Source: Solirubrobacterales bacterium (GTDB lineage Bacteria > Actinomycetota > Thermoleophilia > Solirubrobacterales > JACPNS01). Taken from it: a stretch of DNA of 43,640 nt. The position numbers and the translations under genes were made by a program. Location of the stretch: the NCBI GenBank assembly GCA_049608465.1, contig JBMYXO010000001.1:23609-67248 (forward strand), in the 5' to 3' direction. Positions 1-10,036 of this stretch are shown in pieces (within the stretch, counting starts at the first letter, position 1; every line of letters starts with the position of its first letter). The notes under the pieces were generated by a model. The model was not told where the DNA came from. It saw only the letters and a program-made list of their open reading frames with translations, and did not search any database.

Positions 1-137
1 TGAAAGAGAGCTTCACCTACGGGATGATGGAAAAGTTGGCCGAAGACATCGAGTCGGCATGTGCGACGCTTGAAGTCAAGGGCGGCTTGCACGAAGCCGA
101 CCGCAAGAAGCTCGTCAAGACCAATCCCGCGCTGTGA
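1..137 (+). CDS. 3' end of a gene truncated by the window, probably glutamate decarboxylase (PLP-dependent)
   Basis: The frame from nt 3 reads KESFTYGMMEKLAEDIESACATLEVKGGLHEADRKKLVKTNPAL*, with TGA at 135-137. It resembles actinobacterial GadB C-termini; only about 45 aa are visible. Confidence 0.5.
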   Translation, partial: KESFTYGMMEKLAEDIESACATLEVKGGLHEADRKKLVKTNPAL

Positions 138-263
138 AACACACAGGCATGGTCGACCTCCTCAGACAGCCAATCTGACTGGATACCTGGCCAAGCGCAC
201 GTCGCTCAACTTGTGAACATTCGTTTCCAGGCCGTCGCCTAGGCGTCGTATTGTCAGGTTCGC

Positions 264-1193
264 ATGTCAGAGAAGCCAAACAAGCGCGCAAACGGCAACG
301 GCAGCCCGAAACACCCGGCCGCCGTGATCGATATCGGTTCGAATACCACGCGCTTGCTGGTCGCAGAACGCTCTGGAGACGGGTTTCGGGAACTGCTCAG
401 CCAACGCGCATTCACGCGCCTCTCCCGTGGGATCAAGGAAGACGGATCGATCGCGGGCAAAAAGATCGATGAGCTCGCCCGGACGGTTGCGACTCAAGTG
501 AAGCTGGCCAAGGTGCTCGGTGCCGACGATCCGTATGCGATGGCAACGGCAGCAACGCGCGATGCCTCCAACGGCGACGATCTTCTGAAGGCGGTTCGCG
601 AAGAAAGCGGCGTGAAGATCGATGTGCTCGACGAGCACGAGGAGGCGCGGCTCGCGTTCATGGGTGCGACCCGCGCCCTGCCGGCAGAAACTGCCGAACG
701 TATCGCCGTGATCGATGTTGGCGGCGGCTCGACGGAGGTCGCGATCGGAACACTTTCTGACGGCGTCAAGTGGTCGACTTCGTTCCGCATCGGCTCAGGA
801 ATGGTCACCGACCGCTTCTTCGCAGCCGACCCGCCGAGTGTGGACGACTTGGATACCGCGCGCGCGTTCGTTGATGAGATGTTCACGGACTACAACTTCC
901 CTCAAGTCGATCTGGCGATCGCGATCGGGGGCAGCGCTTCGTCGCTGCGCCGGATGGTTGGCGGTGTACTCGAACACGAAACGATGGAGCGCGCGATTCG
1001 GCTGATCACGCGCAACGCGGCGGTCGAAATGGCGGACGACTTCGGGCTCGACATCGAACGCGTGCAGGTTCTGCCGGCAGGGATCATGATCCTCGAAGAC
1101 ATTTCCGATCGGCTCGGCCAACCCCTGAGAATCGGCAAGGGGGGCCTGCGCGAAGGAAAACTGCTGGAATTACTCGCAACGCAGGCCGCGTAG
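264..1193 (+). CDS. ppx: Ppx/GppA family exopolyphosphatase (short form, no C-terminal HD domain)
   Basis: ASKHA motifs IDIGSNT, ATAATRDASN, EEARL, DVGGGSTE and GLREG; directly upstream of ppk1. Confidence 0.93.
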   Translation: MSEKPNKRANGNGSPKHPAAVIDIGSNTTRLLVAERSGDGFRELLSQRAFTRLSRGIKEDGSIAGKKIDELARTVATQVKLAKVLGADDPYAMATAATRDASNGDDLLKAVREESGVKIDVLDEHEEARLAFMGATRALPAETAERIAVIDVGGGSTEVAIGTLSDGVKWSTSFRIGSGMVTDRFFAADPPSVDDLDTARAFVDEMFTDYNFPQVDLAIAIGGSASSLRRMVGGVLEHETMERAIRLITRNAAVEMADDFGLDIERVQVLPAGIMILEDISDRLGQPLRIGKGGLREGKLLELLATQAA

Positions 1194-1219
1194 GCCAACG
1201 TCAATCGGAGCGTGCAGAA

Positions 1220-3427
1220 ATGACAGACCCCCAATCCAGCCCCGGACAGGTTCGCGACACGGTCACACAACGCGACGCGTACGAGTCCGTGCCAGTGCCG
1301 GCGAAGCGCGCGACCGCGGAGTCCGCCGCCCGCGAGCGCGAAGCAGACGAAGTCGATCTGCGCGAACGCGCGCTGTTCTTCAACCGCGAACTTTCGTGGC
1401 TCGATTTCAACGAGCGGGTTCTCGAACTGGCGGAACAAAAAGACCAGCCGCTACTCGAACGCGTCAAGTTCGCTGCGATCTTCTCGTCCAACCTCGACGA
1501 GTTCGTGATGATCCGAGTAGCCGGTATTCACGATCTGATCGACGCGGGCATCGAGAAGCGTGGTGCCGACGGCCGCGATCCGGAGGAAACGCTCGAAGGG
1601 ATTCGCGACCGAACTGTGGACATGCTTGCGCGTCAATCGCGGGTTGTCGGGCAAGAGCTGATTCCGGCCTTGGCGAAAGAGGGCATTCGGCTCTGTCGGG
1701 TTGAGGAGTTGACCGACGACCAGCGTGCCGAGTTGCGACGAGTCTTTCTCGCCCAGATCTATCCAGTGCTCACGCCGCTCGCCGTCGGACCGGGACGCCC
1801 ATTCCCTTACATCTCAAACCTCTCGCTCAGTCTCGCCGTACTGCTGCGCGATCCGCAGCTCGACCAGACCACGTTTGCCCGAGTGAAAGTCCCTAAAGAG
1901 ATCCTGCCGCGATTCGTCACGCTCGAGCCGGAAGGCATCATGGTGCCGCTCGAGGACGCGATCGCCGACAACCTTGACGCTCTGTTCCCCGGCACTGAGA
2001 TCGTCAGCTACGCGACGTTCCGCGTGACGCGCGACGCAGATTTCACCGTTTCGGACGAGGCCGACGATCTCTTGCGTGCCGTCGAAGACGAACTTCGTCG
2101 CCGTCGCTTTGGCGAAGTCGTGCGCGTCGAGGTCGGGAAGGGCATCGCGCGCGAACTTCGCGACGAGTTGATCGAATCGCTCGAGATCGATCGGCGTGAC
2201 CTGTATGAGATCGACGGCATGCTCGACCTCAATGATCTCTGGCAGATAGTCAAACTGCCGGGTCACAAGGAACTTCGCGACACGCCATGGTCGCCGGTCC
2301 AGCCTTCACGGCTACGTGACGCCGATGGCGAGCCGGTGCCGGTGATGGCGGCAATGCGAAACGAGGACATCCTCGTTCACCATCCGTACGAATCGTTCAG
2401 TGGTTCGGTCGAGCGATTCGTCGGTGAGGCCGTGAACGACCCCGACGTCCTCGCGATCAAGATCACTGTGTACCGCACGAGCGATGACTCGCCACTGGTC
2501 CCCGCGTTGATCCGAGCTTCGGAACGCGGCAAACAGGCCGTCGCGCTGGTCGAGCTGAAGGCCCGCTTCGACGAACGCGCGAACATTCAATGGGCGCGAG
2601 AGCTCGAACAATCCGGGGTGCACGTTGTCTATGGGCCGCCGGCGTTGAAGACGCACACCAAATGCGTGCTGGTCGTTCGCCGCGAGGGAAATCGCGTACG
2701 CAACTATGTGCACATCGGAACCGGCAATTACCACTCGACAACTGCGCGTCTATACACAGACTTTGGTCTGTTCACGACCGACGCCCAGATCGGTGCCGAC
2801 GTCACGGACATGTTCAATTTCCTGACCGGGTTCGCCCGGCCGCACGAAATGCGCAAGGTGCTGATCGCGCCGAATCAGATGCGCGCGGGCATCCTTGAGC
2901 AGATTGACAAGACGGTCGCCGCCCACAGCCCGGAGAATCCCTGCCGGATTCTGATGAAGATGAATTCGCTGGTTGACGTTGCCTGTATCGAGGCCCTCTA
3001 TCGCGCGTCGCGTGCTGGCGTGAAGATCGAGTTGAACGTGCGCGGGATCTGCTGTCTGCGTCCGGGCGTGCCCGGCGTTTCCGAGAACATCCGCGTCAAC
3101 TCGGTTGTTGGCAGATTTCTCGAGCATTCACGCGTCTACGCCTTCATCCGTGGCGAGGAGCGCGTCGTGTTGATCGGCTCGGCCGACTTGATGCGTCGCA
3201 ATCTCGACAATCGCGTGGAATTGGTCACGCCGGTCGAGAACGAGGCGCTCCAGGAGCAGTTGCTCGACACCCTTCGGCGGTGCCTCGACGACAACTCGAA
3301 CGCCTGGGAGCTGCGCGAATCAGGTGAATGGGAACGTCTTTCGCCGCCGAGCGTCGATGAGCGCCGAAACGCTCAGGAGGAACTGATGGAGACGTACCGA
3401 TTCGCCGACGAGGCGTTTGGCGCCTGA
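1220..3427 (+). CDS. ppk1: Polyphosphate kinase 1
   Basis: FNRELSWLDFNERVL, SNLDEFVMIRVAG, HHPYESF, ELKARFDE, KTHTK, HIGTGNY, VGRFLEHSR, GSADLMRRNLDNRVE. Confidence 0.98.
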   Translation: MTDPQSSPGQVRDTVTQRDAYESVPVPAKRATAESAAREREADEVDLRERALFFNRELSWLDFNERVLELAEQKDQPLLERVKFAAIFSSNLDEFVMIRVAGIHDLIDAGIEKRGADGRDPEETLEGIRDRTVDMLARQSRVVGQELIPALAKEGIRLCRVEELTDDQRAELRRVFLAQIYPVLTPLAVGPGRPFPYISNLSLSLAVLLRDPQLDQTTFARVKVPKEILPRFVTLEPEGIMVPLEDAIADNLDALFPGTEIVSYATFRVTRDADFTVSDEADDLLRAVEDELRRRRFGEVVRVEVGKGIARELRDELIESLEIDRRDLYEIDGMLDLNDLWQIVKLPGHKELRDTPWSPVQPSRLRDADGEPVPVMAAMRNEDILVHHPYESFSGSVERFVGEAVNDPDVLAIKITVYRTSDDSPLVPALIRASERGKQAVALVELKARFDERANIQWARELEQSGVHVVYGPPALKTHTKCVLVVRREGNRVRNYVHIGTGNYHSTTARLYTDFGLFTTDAQIGADVTDMFNFLTGFARPHEMRKVLIAPNQMRAGILEQIDKTVAAHSPENPCRILMKMNSLVDVACIEALYRASRAGVKIELNVRGICCLRPGVPGVSENIRVNSVVGRFLEHSRVYAFIRGEERVVLIGSADLMRRNLDNRVELVTPVENEALQEQLLDTLRRCLDDNSNAWELRESGEWERLSPPSVDERRNAQEELMETYRFADEAFGA

Positions 3428-3487
3428 GTGCGTGGCATCTGGATGCCTTCGCGCGCGAAGAATCGGACGATCAGCAAGGAGATGAAA

Positions 3488-3561
3488 CGGGAGCGACGGG
3501 ACTCGAACCCGCGACCTCCGGCTTGACAGGCCGGCACTCTAACCAACTGAGCTACGCCCCC
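3488..3561 (-). tRNA. tRNA-Asp (GTC)
   Basis: The reverse complement GGGGGCGTAGCTCAGTTGGTTAGAGTGCCGGCCTGTCAAGCCGGAGGTCGCGGGTTCGAGTCCCGTCGCTCCCG folds as a cloverleaf. Anticodon GTC; CCA not encoded. Confidence 0.97.
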
Positions 3562-3699
3562 TTGGAGCGGCGCTAATTGTGGCAGGTCCGCCCCACCCAA
3601 CCGAACAGGTTTGCTTTAAGGCAAACCTTGTTTTTCGCGAATCGTCTCGGCTGCGGGCGGACGCGGCGCCACGGATTGGCGCGGGCCAAAACGGCGACG

Positions 3700-3720
3700 C
3701 CCTCGCCTTGTGGGCGAGGG
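3700..3720. repeat. REP-like hairpin CCCTCGCC-N5-GGCGAGGG (copy 1)
   Basis: Perfect 8-bp stem with a 5-nt loop; the same stem recurs at 26771-26791. Confidence 0.5.
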
Positions 3721-3787
3721 TCGCGGGCTTCCCCCTGTTGAGAATTGCGAGGGGCGTTCCTGTGAGCGACGGCTACGCTTGGTCGAT

Positions 3788-3861
3788 GGGCGCGTAGCTC
3801 AGTTGGTTAGAGCGCCTGCCTTACAAGCAGGAAGTCCCCCGTTCGAGTCGGGGCGTGCCCA
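3788..3861 (+). tRNA. tRNA-Val (TAC)
   Basis: GGGCGCGTAGCTCAGTTGGTTAGAGCGCCTGCCTTACAAGCAGGAAGTCCCCCGTTCGAGTCGGGGCGTGCCCA folds as a cloverleaf. Anticodon TAC; divergent from tRNA-Asp. Confidence 0.97.
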
Positions 3862-3937
3862 CTTATTTTTATGTCGCCGTCGCGGTGCAGCGCCGGCCGC
3901 AACCCTCACCCGCCGACAGGGTTTCTACGGTGGTCAT

Positions 3938-4756
3938 ATGGCTACAACTGATCTATACTTGACAGGCATGGAACGCGCACTGAGCAATTCGCGCGTGCTC
4001 CCAAGGTTGGTAACACTGGGCATCTCGGTGATCGCCCTTGTTGTTCTCGCACTCCCGGTCAGCGCCAATGCGGCGGATCCGGCAGCTGCAGGGCCGAGCA
4101 CGACGCACCCGGAGTACACGGAAACGACCCTCTCGAACGAGCAGGACTTCTCGCGCTGGGCTTTCGTGAAGCGCAGGGTCATCGCTTACAGCCAGCCGAA
4201 GAACAAGGGCCGCAAGGTTCGCAAGTTGACCACGCGCACGCCAGACCGTACGCACGATTTGGTGCTCGTTCTACGTGAGCGCAAGTATGTCGACGGAACC
4301 GTCTGGTCGCAGGTTCGTGTTCCCCGGCGTGGCCGGTCGAACATCGCGTGGGTTCGTCGGAATGCGCTCGATCGCTACCGCAAGGTTCGCACTCGTCTTG
4401 AGATCAGCCGCAATCGTTACAAGGCCAAGCTCTACCGCAACAACAAGTTGGTCTGGAGCGCGCGAATCGGTATTGGCAAGCGCGGCACGATTACGCCCAA
4501 AGGTAACTTTTACATTCGCAACCGCCTGATCACCACCAATTCTCGTGGTCCGTACGGTCCGTACGCGATGGGCCTCTCCGCTTACTCGAAAACGCTCTCC
4601 GACTGGCCGGGCGGCGGCATCATCGGCATCCACGGCACCAACCAGCCGGGCATCCTGCCGGGGCGCGTCTCGCACGGCTGCATCCGCGTGAAGAACTCAA
4701 AGATTCGCAAGCTCTTCCGCATGATGCCCGCCGGCACCCCCGTAAAGATCACCTAG
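3938..4756 (+). CDS. Secreted L,D-transpeptidase (YkuD family)
   Basis: Signal peptide ending ...LALPVSANA; catalytic motif IGIHGT...GRVSHGCIRV. The longer ORF call overlaps tRNA-Val, so the start was moved to ATG 3938 (3968 is possible). Confidence 0.92.
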   Translation: MATTDLYLTGMERALSNSRVLPRLVTLGISVIALVVLALPVSANAADPAAAGPSTTHPEYTETTLSNEQDFSRWAFVKRRVIAYSQPKNKGRKVRKLTTRTPDRTHDLVLVLRERKYVDGTVWSQVRVPRRGRSNIAWVRRNALDRYRKVRTRLEISRNRYKAKLYRNNKLVWSARIGIGKRGTITPKGNFYIRNRLITTNSRGPYGPYAMGLSAYSKTLSDWPGGGIIGIHGTNQPGILPGRVSHGCIRVKNSKIRKLFRMMPAGTPVKIT

Positions 4757-4796
4757 TCGTAAGACCGTGCCGTTCAACGGCCCCGCTCCCAGCGAG

Positions 4797-5471
4797 CTAG
4801 TCCTGGCTGGCGATGAAGAAGTACAGCAGTTGTCCGAGCGAGGCAACGAATCCGGCGACGTAGGTGAGCGCTGCGGCGTTTAGCACTGCGCGGGCGCCGT
4901 CGATTTCACCTGCTGCCAGAAGTCCTTGGCTCTCCAGCGACTGCAATGCGCGCTTCGAGGCATCGAATTCGACGGGCAGCGTCACGAGTTGAAACAGCAC
5001 CACAGCAGCAAAGAAAACGAGTCCAATCGTGACAAGCCCAGTCATGCTGAAGAAGAAACCGATCAGCACCGGGAAGATCCACACAGATTCACCGATTGTT
5101 GCCGCGGGGACCAGGGTTTGGCGAACCTTCATCGGCCAGTAGCCACGCGCATCCTGAATGGCGTGCCCGGCCTCGTGCGCCGCCACGCCAAGAGCCGCGA
5201 CCGAAGACGCCTGGCCGACATCGGCCGAAAGGTTCAGGGTCTTGTTGCGCGGGTCGTAGTGGTCGCTGAGGTGGCCGTCGATTGGATTGATTTTCAATCC
5301 CGGCAACCCGGAAGATTGCAGCACAGCCGCTGCCGCCTGAGCCCCAGACATGCCGTTGGCGGGGCGCACTTCGCTGTATTTCTTGAAAGTTCGCTTGACC
5401 GACATCTGCGCGAAAAGTCCGAAGAGGAGGGGCACGCCCGCGCATACGAGCCAGAGAGTCATGTTGTCCAT
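4797..5471 (-). CDS. Membrane neutral zinc metallopeptidase (YugP / Zn_peptidase_2 family)
   Basis: LSDHYDP, AAHEAGHAIQ (HExxH), TLPVEFDASKRA, VLNAAALTYVA. Confidence 0.93.
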   Translation of the reverse strand: MDNMTLWLVCAGVPLLFGLFAQMSVKRTFKKYSEVRPANGMSGAQAAAAVLQSSGLPGLKINPIDGHLSDHYDPRNKTLNLSADVGQASSVAALGVAAHEAGHAIQDARGYWPMKVRQTLVPAATIGESVWIFPVLIGFFFSMTGLVTIGLVFFAAVVLFQLVTLPVEFDASKRALQSLESQGLLAAGEIDGARAVLNAAALTYVAGFVASLGQLLYFFIASQD

Positions 5472-5628
5472 GGCCCAAATGCTAGGCAAGATCGCGGCAG
5501 ACAGATCCGCATCAAAATCACCGCGCAACAGGGTTTGCCAATGGCGGAACCTTGTTTCGGGTTATCCCCCGGTGGATTGGCGTGGGGGCTGTATTGGTTT
5601 CTTCGGGGTGATCGGCGATGATCTGGGC

Positions 5629-6987
5629 ATGAACTCTGAAGAGAAGCCGCCGCAGCGCGATGTCGTGCGCGAACTCGTACAGAAGGTCGAGCGCGAGATA
5701 AACAAGATTGACGTCGACGGTGGGCTGATGGATCAACTCGCCGAGCGGCCGTTCATGCGACAGACATGGAAGGAGACGCTCTATCTGTTGAGCACGATCC
5801 CAGCTGGGATCGCCGCGCTGTTGATCTGGGTTACAGGGATCTCGCTCGCGATTCCGCTGGTGATCACGGTGGTCGGGATTCCGCTGGTGTTCGCGATCCT
5901 TTGGGCATTCCGCGGATTCGTCAATCTCGAGCGACGACGCGTCACGATCCTCGGCGACGGACCGATCGAAGCCGACTACGAACGCGTCGAAGGCAACTTC
6001 GTCGAGCGCGGGCTCGGAGTGCTCAAAGACGCACAAACCTGGAAGGACATCGGCTGGCTGATCGTCCTGTCGCTCGCCGGGTTCCCGGTGGCGGTGCTCT
6101 CGCTGTCGGTGTGGCTGATCGCTCTTGGTTGGATCATCTATCCGCTGTGGGGATGGGCGCTCCCGGGCGACGCAACGCCGATCGGCTGGCTGGTCGGCGA
6201 CAACATGAGCTTCTTCGAGAGCTTCCTGATGATCCCGCTGGGCTTTGTGCTGGTCGTGATTGCCACCTGGCTGTGCGCAGCGGTCGCCCTCGGACTTGCC
6301 ACGATCAGCCGCCTGCTGCTCGCCACCACGCAGGAGCGAGCGCTACGCGGTCGAGTCACGGAACTCGAGCGCACGCGTGAACAATCGCTCTCGCAGCAAT
6401 CGACCGAGATGTCGCGCATTGAGCGCGATCTCCACGACGGCGCACAGGCCAGGTTGGTGGCGTTGGCGATGGACCTCGGTATGGCCGAACAGAAGATCGA
6501 GGACGACCCGGCGGCCGCGCGCAAGTTGGTTGGCGAAGCCCGCGACGAGGCTCAGCGCACGCTCCAGGAACTGCGCGACTTGGTGCGTGGCATCGGCCCG
6601 CAGATTCTCCGCGACCGCGGCCTCGAAGCTGCACTGGTGCCGTTGGCCGCGCGCAGTGCGATCAAGGTTGAAGTTGGCATTGATCTGCCGGAAAGGCCGG
6701 ATGAGCGTGTTGAATCGGCGGCGTACTTCGTTTGCAGCGAGGCGCTGGCGAATGCGATCAAACACAGCTCGGCGACACAGATCAACATCAACGCCTGGCG
6801 CAATGACGACTGGTTCTACCTGCGGATCAGCGACAACGGCGTCGGCGGCGCGGACGATGCGAACGGTGAAGGCCTGCGTGGCCTGCGTGCGCGGGTCGAG
6901 GCAGTCGACGGAAAGTTGGTCGTCGACAGCCCAGCCGAAGGCCCGACCATTATTGATGCATGGCTGCCGTTCCGACTGAAAAGTTGA
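5629..6987 (+). CDS. Membrane sensor histidine kinase (HisKA_3 with actinobacterial sensor domain)
   Basis: Four TM segments; H-box RIERDLHDGAQARL; N-box EALANAIKHS; G-boxes SDNGVGGA and GLRGLRARV. Confidence 0.94.
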   Translation: MNSEEKPPQRDVVRELVQKVEREINKIDVDGGLMDQLAERPFMRQTWKETLYLLSTIPAGIAALLIWVTGISLAIPLVITVVGIPLVFAILWAFRGFVNLERRRVTILGDGPIEADYERVEGNFVERGLGVLKDAQTWKDIGWLIVLSLAGFPVAVLSLSVWLIALGWIIYPLWGWALPGDATPIGWLVGDNMSFFESFLMIPLGFVLVVIATWLCAAVALGLATISRLLLATTQERALRGRVTELERTREQSLSQQSTEMSRIERDLHDGAQARLVALAMDLGMAEQKIEDDPAAARKLVGEARDEAQRTLQELRDLVRGIGPQILRDRGLEAALVPLAARSAIKVEVGIDLPERPDERVESAAYFVCSEALANAIKHSSATQININAWRNDDWFYLRISDNGVGGADDANGEGLRGLRARVEAVDGKLVVDSPAEGPTIIDAWLPFRLKS

Positions 6988-7631
6988 GGGTTACGATCGT
7001 CGAAGATCTCGCGTTGCTGCGCGATGGTCTGACACGCATGTTGACGGACAACGACTGCGAGGTGATCGCGGCGGTCGAAGAACCGGATGCCTTCCTTGCG
7101 GCGATCGACGCCGAACGGCCCGACGTGGCGATCGTCGACGTCCGACTGCCCCCGACATTCAACGACGAAGGAGTCCGCGCCGCCGTCGAGGCGCGGCGTC
7201 GTCACCCCGGTCTTCCGGTGCTGATCCTCTCGCAGTACGTCGAACAGACTTATGCCGCCGAGTTGCTCGCAGACGGCGACGGCGGCGTCGGCTACCTGTT
7301 GAAGGATCGCGTGGCGAACGTCGCCGACTTCGTCGACGCCGTGCGCCGGGTGGCAGGCGGCGGGATGGCACTTGATCCAGAAGCTGTGAGCCAGCTGATG
7401 ACGCCGAAGGCGAGCGACGACTCGTTTGCCGATCTCACCGAGCGCGAGAAAGAGGCACTAGACCTGATGGCACAAGGACGGTCGAACAAGGCGATCGCCG
7501 CCGAGATGTTCGTCACCGAAGGCGCGATCGAAAAGCACATCAGCAGGATTTTCGACAAGCTTGATCTGCCGCCATCGAGCGAGGATCACCGCCGTGTGCT
7601 GGCGGTGCTCAACTATCTGCGCAGTGGTTGA
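6960..7631 (+). CDS. NarL/LuxR family response regulator
   Basis: Receiver motifs VED, DVRLP, LSQY and YLLKD; LuxR HTH LTEREKEALDLMAQGRSNKAIA; overlaps the kinase 3' end. Confidence 0.95.
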   Translation: MAAVPTEKLRVTIVEDLALLRDGLTRMLTDNDCEVIAAVEEPDAFLAAIDAERPDVAIVDVRLPPTFNDEGVRAAVEARRRHPGLPVLILSQYVEQTYAAELLADGDGGVGYLLKDRVANVADFVDAVRRVAGGGMALDPEAVSQLMTPKASDDSFADLTEREKEALDLMAQGRSNKAIAAEMFVTEGAIEKHISRIFDKLDLPPSSEDHRRVLAVLNYLRSG

Positions 7632-7637
7632 CGGGCG

Positions 7638-8285
7638 CTAGCTGCCCTCGAGAAATCGCAGCACTGCCAGCACACGACGGTGGTCGACCGGAGTCGCGTC
7701 GAGGTCCAGCTTCTCGAAGATGTTGGTGACGTGTTTCTCGACGGTGCTGCCGGTGACGACCAGTTCGTCCGCGATCGCCTTGTTCGAACGACCCTCAGCC
7801 ATCAGTGCGAGCACCTCGCGTTCACGCTCGGACAACTGGTCCAACGGATCGTCCGACCGACGCCGCCCGAGCAGGTGCGAAACAACCTCTGGATCGAGCG
7901 CCGATCCGCCTTCGGCAACGCGCCGGATCGCGTCGAGAAAGTGGTCGAGATCGGCGATGCGATCTTTCAGCAGGTAGCCCACGCCTTCGGCGTTTTCCGA
8001 AAGCAGGTCGATCGCGTAGCTCTCCTCGACGTACTGCGAAAGCACGAGCACACCGACTTCCGGTAGCTCTTGCCGAATCTGCTTGGCAGCGACAAGTCCC
8101 TCGTCAGTATTGGTCGGAGGCATGCGTATGTCCACGATCGCGATATCCGGTTTGTGAGCCCTCACCTTTCGCACCAGCTCATCCCCGTCGCCGGCCTGTC
8201 CCACGACTTCCACTCCGCGCTCGTTCAGCAGACGCGCGATGCCTTCGCGCAGCAACAGGGAATCCTCGGCGATCACGGCGCGCAT
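7638..8285 (-). CDS. NarL/LuxR family response regulator
   Basis: AED, DIRMP and YLLKD; HTH LSEREREVLALMAEGRSNKAIA. Close paralog of 6960-7631. Confidence 0.95.
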   Translation of the reverse strand: MRAVIAEDSLLLREGIARLLNERGVEVVGQAGDGDELVRKVRAHKPDIAIVDIRMPPTNTDEGLVAAKQIRQELPEVGVLVLSQYVEESYAIDLLSENAEGVGYLLKDRIADLDHFLDAIRRVAEGGSALDPEVVSHLLGRRRSDDPLDQLSEREREVLALMAEGRSNKAIADELVVTGSTVEKHVTNIFEKLDLDATPVDHRRVLAVLRFLEGS

Positions 8286-10036
8286 GGGAACTCCGCTCGG
8301 ATGGTCGTGCCCGAACCCGGGTCACTGACGATCACCAAACTGCCATCAAGCGCGGCGACCCTGTCTTGAAGTCCGCGAAGTCCGGTGCCCGCATTGACGT
8401 CTGCACCGCCGATGCCGTTGTCGCTGATCTCGATCACCACGGCACCGTCGTTCTGCGTCAGTTCGATCGTTGCGAGAGTTGCCTTGGAGTAGCGCGCCAT
8501 GTTTGTGAGCGACTCGGCCGCAACGAAGTAAGCGGCAGACTCGATCGGGGCAGGTGGACGCTCATCAGGGAGCTTGCCGACCTTGACGGTTACGGGGGAG
8601 CGCGCTGCAAGCGCCGCGAGTGCGGCGCCGAGACCGCGGTCGGTCAGGATCGCCGGGTGGATTCCGCGTGCCAGTTCGCGAAGCTCGATCGTTGCGTCCG
8701 CGAGATTCTCGGCCGCCTCGGCGAGCAGTTGCTTGGCGGTGTCGGGGTCGTCGTCGACCTTGCTCGTCGCGATCCGCAGTGTCAACGCCGTCGAGACGAG
8801 ATGCTGCTGTGCGCCGTCGTGGAGGTTGCGCTCCAGCGTCCGCCGCGCCGCATCTGAGGCCGCAACGATTCGTGCTCGCGAGGCTCGGAGCTCTTCGACG
8901 TGGGCACGGAGTTCGGCGTCGAGCCTTTGGTTGCGTAGCGCGAGGGCGGCGGCGGTGCCCGTCGACTTGATCAAGTCTTGATTCTCCTCGAGCGTGTCGT
9001 CGTATGCGATTGCCGCGATCAATTCGCCGTCGTGCTCGACCGACGACCAGCTGCGACCACTGCCATCTTCCGGAAGCGCAACTGTATGACCCTCGCTGTC
9101 CACGTATACGCCACGGTCGGGCAGCCAGTAGACGAACTCCAGAGAGTCATCGCCAAGCGCCTTCGCCAATGAATCGCGGATGTTGAGGTTCTGCGTGCTC
9201 GTCTCGCCAAGGGTCGCGACGAGCTCGCTGACCGCTCCTGCGCTGGTGAACTTGCTGCGCAGCAAGCCAACGAGAAACGCGAACGGAACGGCGCTCATAA
9301 GCGTCACGGCGATGACGAACACGGCCGATTGAACTGCGTCGCCCACCTCCAGGGCAGCGACGGTCACAAGTACGCCGATCGCCAAGACGCTCGCCGCGCC
9401 CGCACCCAGCACCGGTCGAACGGCCGAACGGTTGGTCGGGCCGAGCGAGCGGTAGCGCCGAACGAGTACGACGATCAACGTGAGCAGTAACAGCACCCCT
9501 CCGAGCGTTGCCACGGTATCCAGCACTCGCGCAAGCCCGGGACTGTCGCTCAGCTCAACGGGATTCGCGATGCAGGTCTCGCAGTTGAAGGTCTCGAGAT
9601 CCGGACCACTGACAACGCCAGTGATCGATGTCAGAACCACCGCGTCCAGCACGAAAAGCCAAACCAGCAGGCGGTGTGAACGCGCTTCGAGCCGCCCGCT
9701 CGGAAACGACAGGAGCAGCAGCGCCAGCAGTACCCAGGCGATGTTTGAGGTGAACATCGATATTCCGAACAACGCCGGCACGTCTGACAACGACAACGGA
9801 ACCAGCAGCCAGCCGAAACCGACCAGCACCATCAACGAGCCCGTTCGGTTGTTCGGCCGCCGCCACCAGGCGAAGAGTCCGGTACCGATGAAAGACCAGG
9901 CCGGAAGCAGCGTCAGGATCGAGTCGATCCAGGGGGCCTCTTCGAGATCGCTGGAAAAGATCACGATCACCATGAGTATCCCGAATGCGACGCCTGTCGC
10001 ACCGATGAATATCAACGCGCTGCGCAGGGATCTCAT
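8273..10036 (-). CDS. Multi-TM sensor histidine kinase (HisKA_3)
   Basis: About 7-8 TM helices and a GAF-like linker; H-box ERNLHDGAQQHL; ESLTNMARYS, SDNGIGGA, GTGLRGLQDRV. Confidence 0.93.
   Translation of the reverse strand: MRSLRSALIFIGATGVAFGILMVIVIFSSDLEEAPWIDSILTLLPAWSFIGTGLFAWWRRPNNRTGSLMVLVGFGWLLVPLSLSDVPALFGISMFTSNIAWVLLALLLLSFPSGRLEARSHRLLVWLFVLDAVVLTSITGVVSGPDLETFNCETCIANPVELSDSPGLARVLDTVATLGGVLLLLTLIVVLVRRYRSLGPTNRSAVRPVLGAGAASVLAIGVLVTVAALEVGDAVQSAVFVIAVTLMSAVPFAFLVGLLRSKFTSAGAVSELVATLGETSTQNLNIRDSLAKALGDDSLEFVYWLPDRGVYVDSEGHTVALPEDGSGRSWSSVEHDGELIAAIAYDDTLEENQDLIKSTGTAAALALRNQRLDAELRAHVEELRASRARIVAASDAARRTLERNLHDGAQQHLVSTALTLRIATSKVDDDPDTAKQLLAEAAENLADATIELRELARGIHPAILTDRGLGAALAALAARSPVTVKVGKLPDERPPAPIESAAYFVAAESLTNMARYSKATLATIELTQNDGAVVIEISDNGIGGADVNAGTGLRGLQDRVAALDGSLVIVSDPGSGTTIRAEFPCAP

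Noticed and set aside
3616-3670. c-di-GMP-I riboswitch suggested by GGCAAACC...GGACGC
   Set aside because: No GNRA-capped P2 stem or GCAAA follows, GGCAAACC is one arm of a simple hairpin, and the flanking genes are tRNAs.
3710-3937. N-terminal extension of the L,D-transpeptidase ORF, and similar extensions at 5350, 10457, 12790, 17004, 34575 and 43123
   Set aside because: They overlap tRNAs or neighbouring genes. Downstream starts have an RBS or -10 element and fit family lengths.
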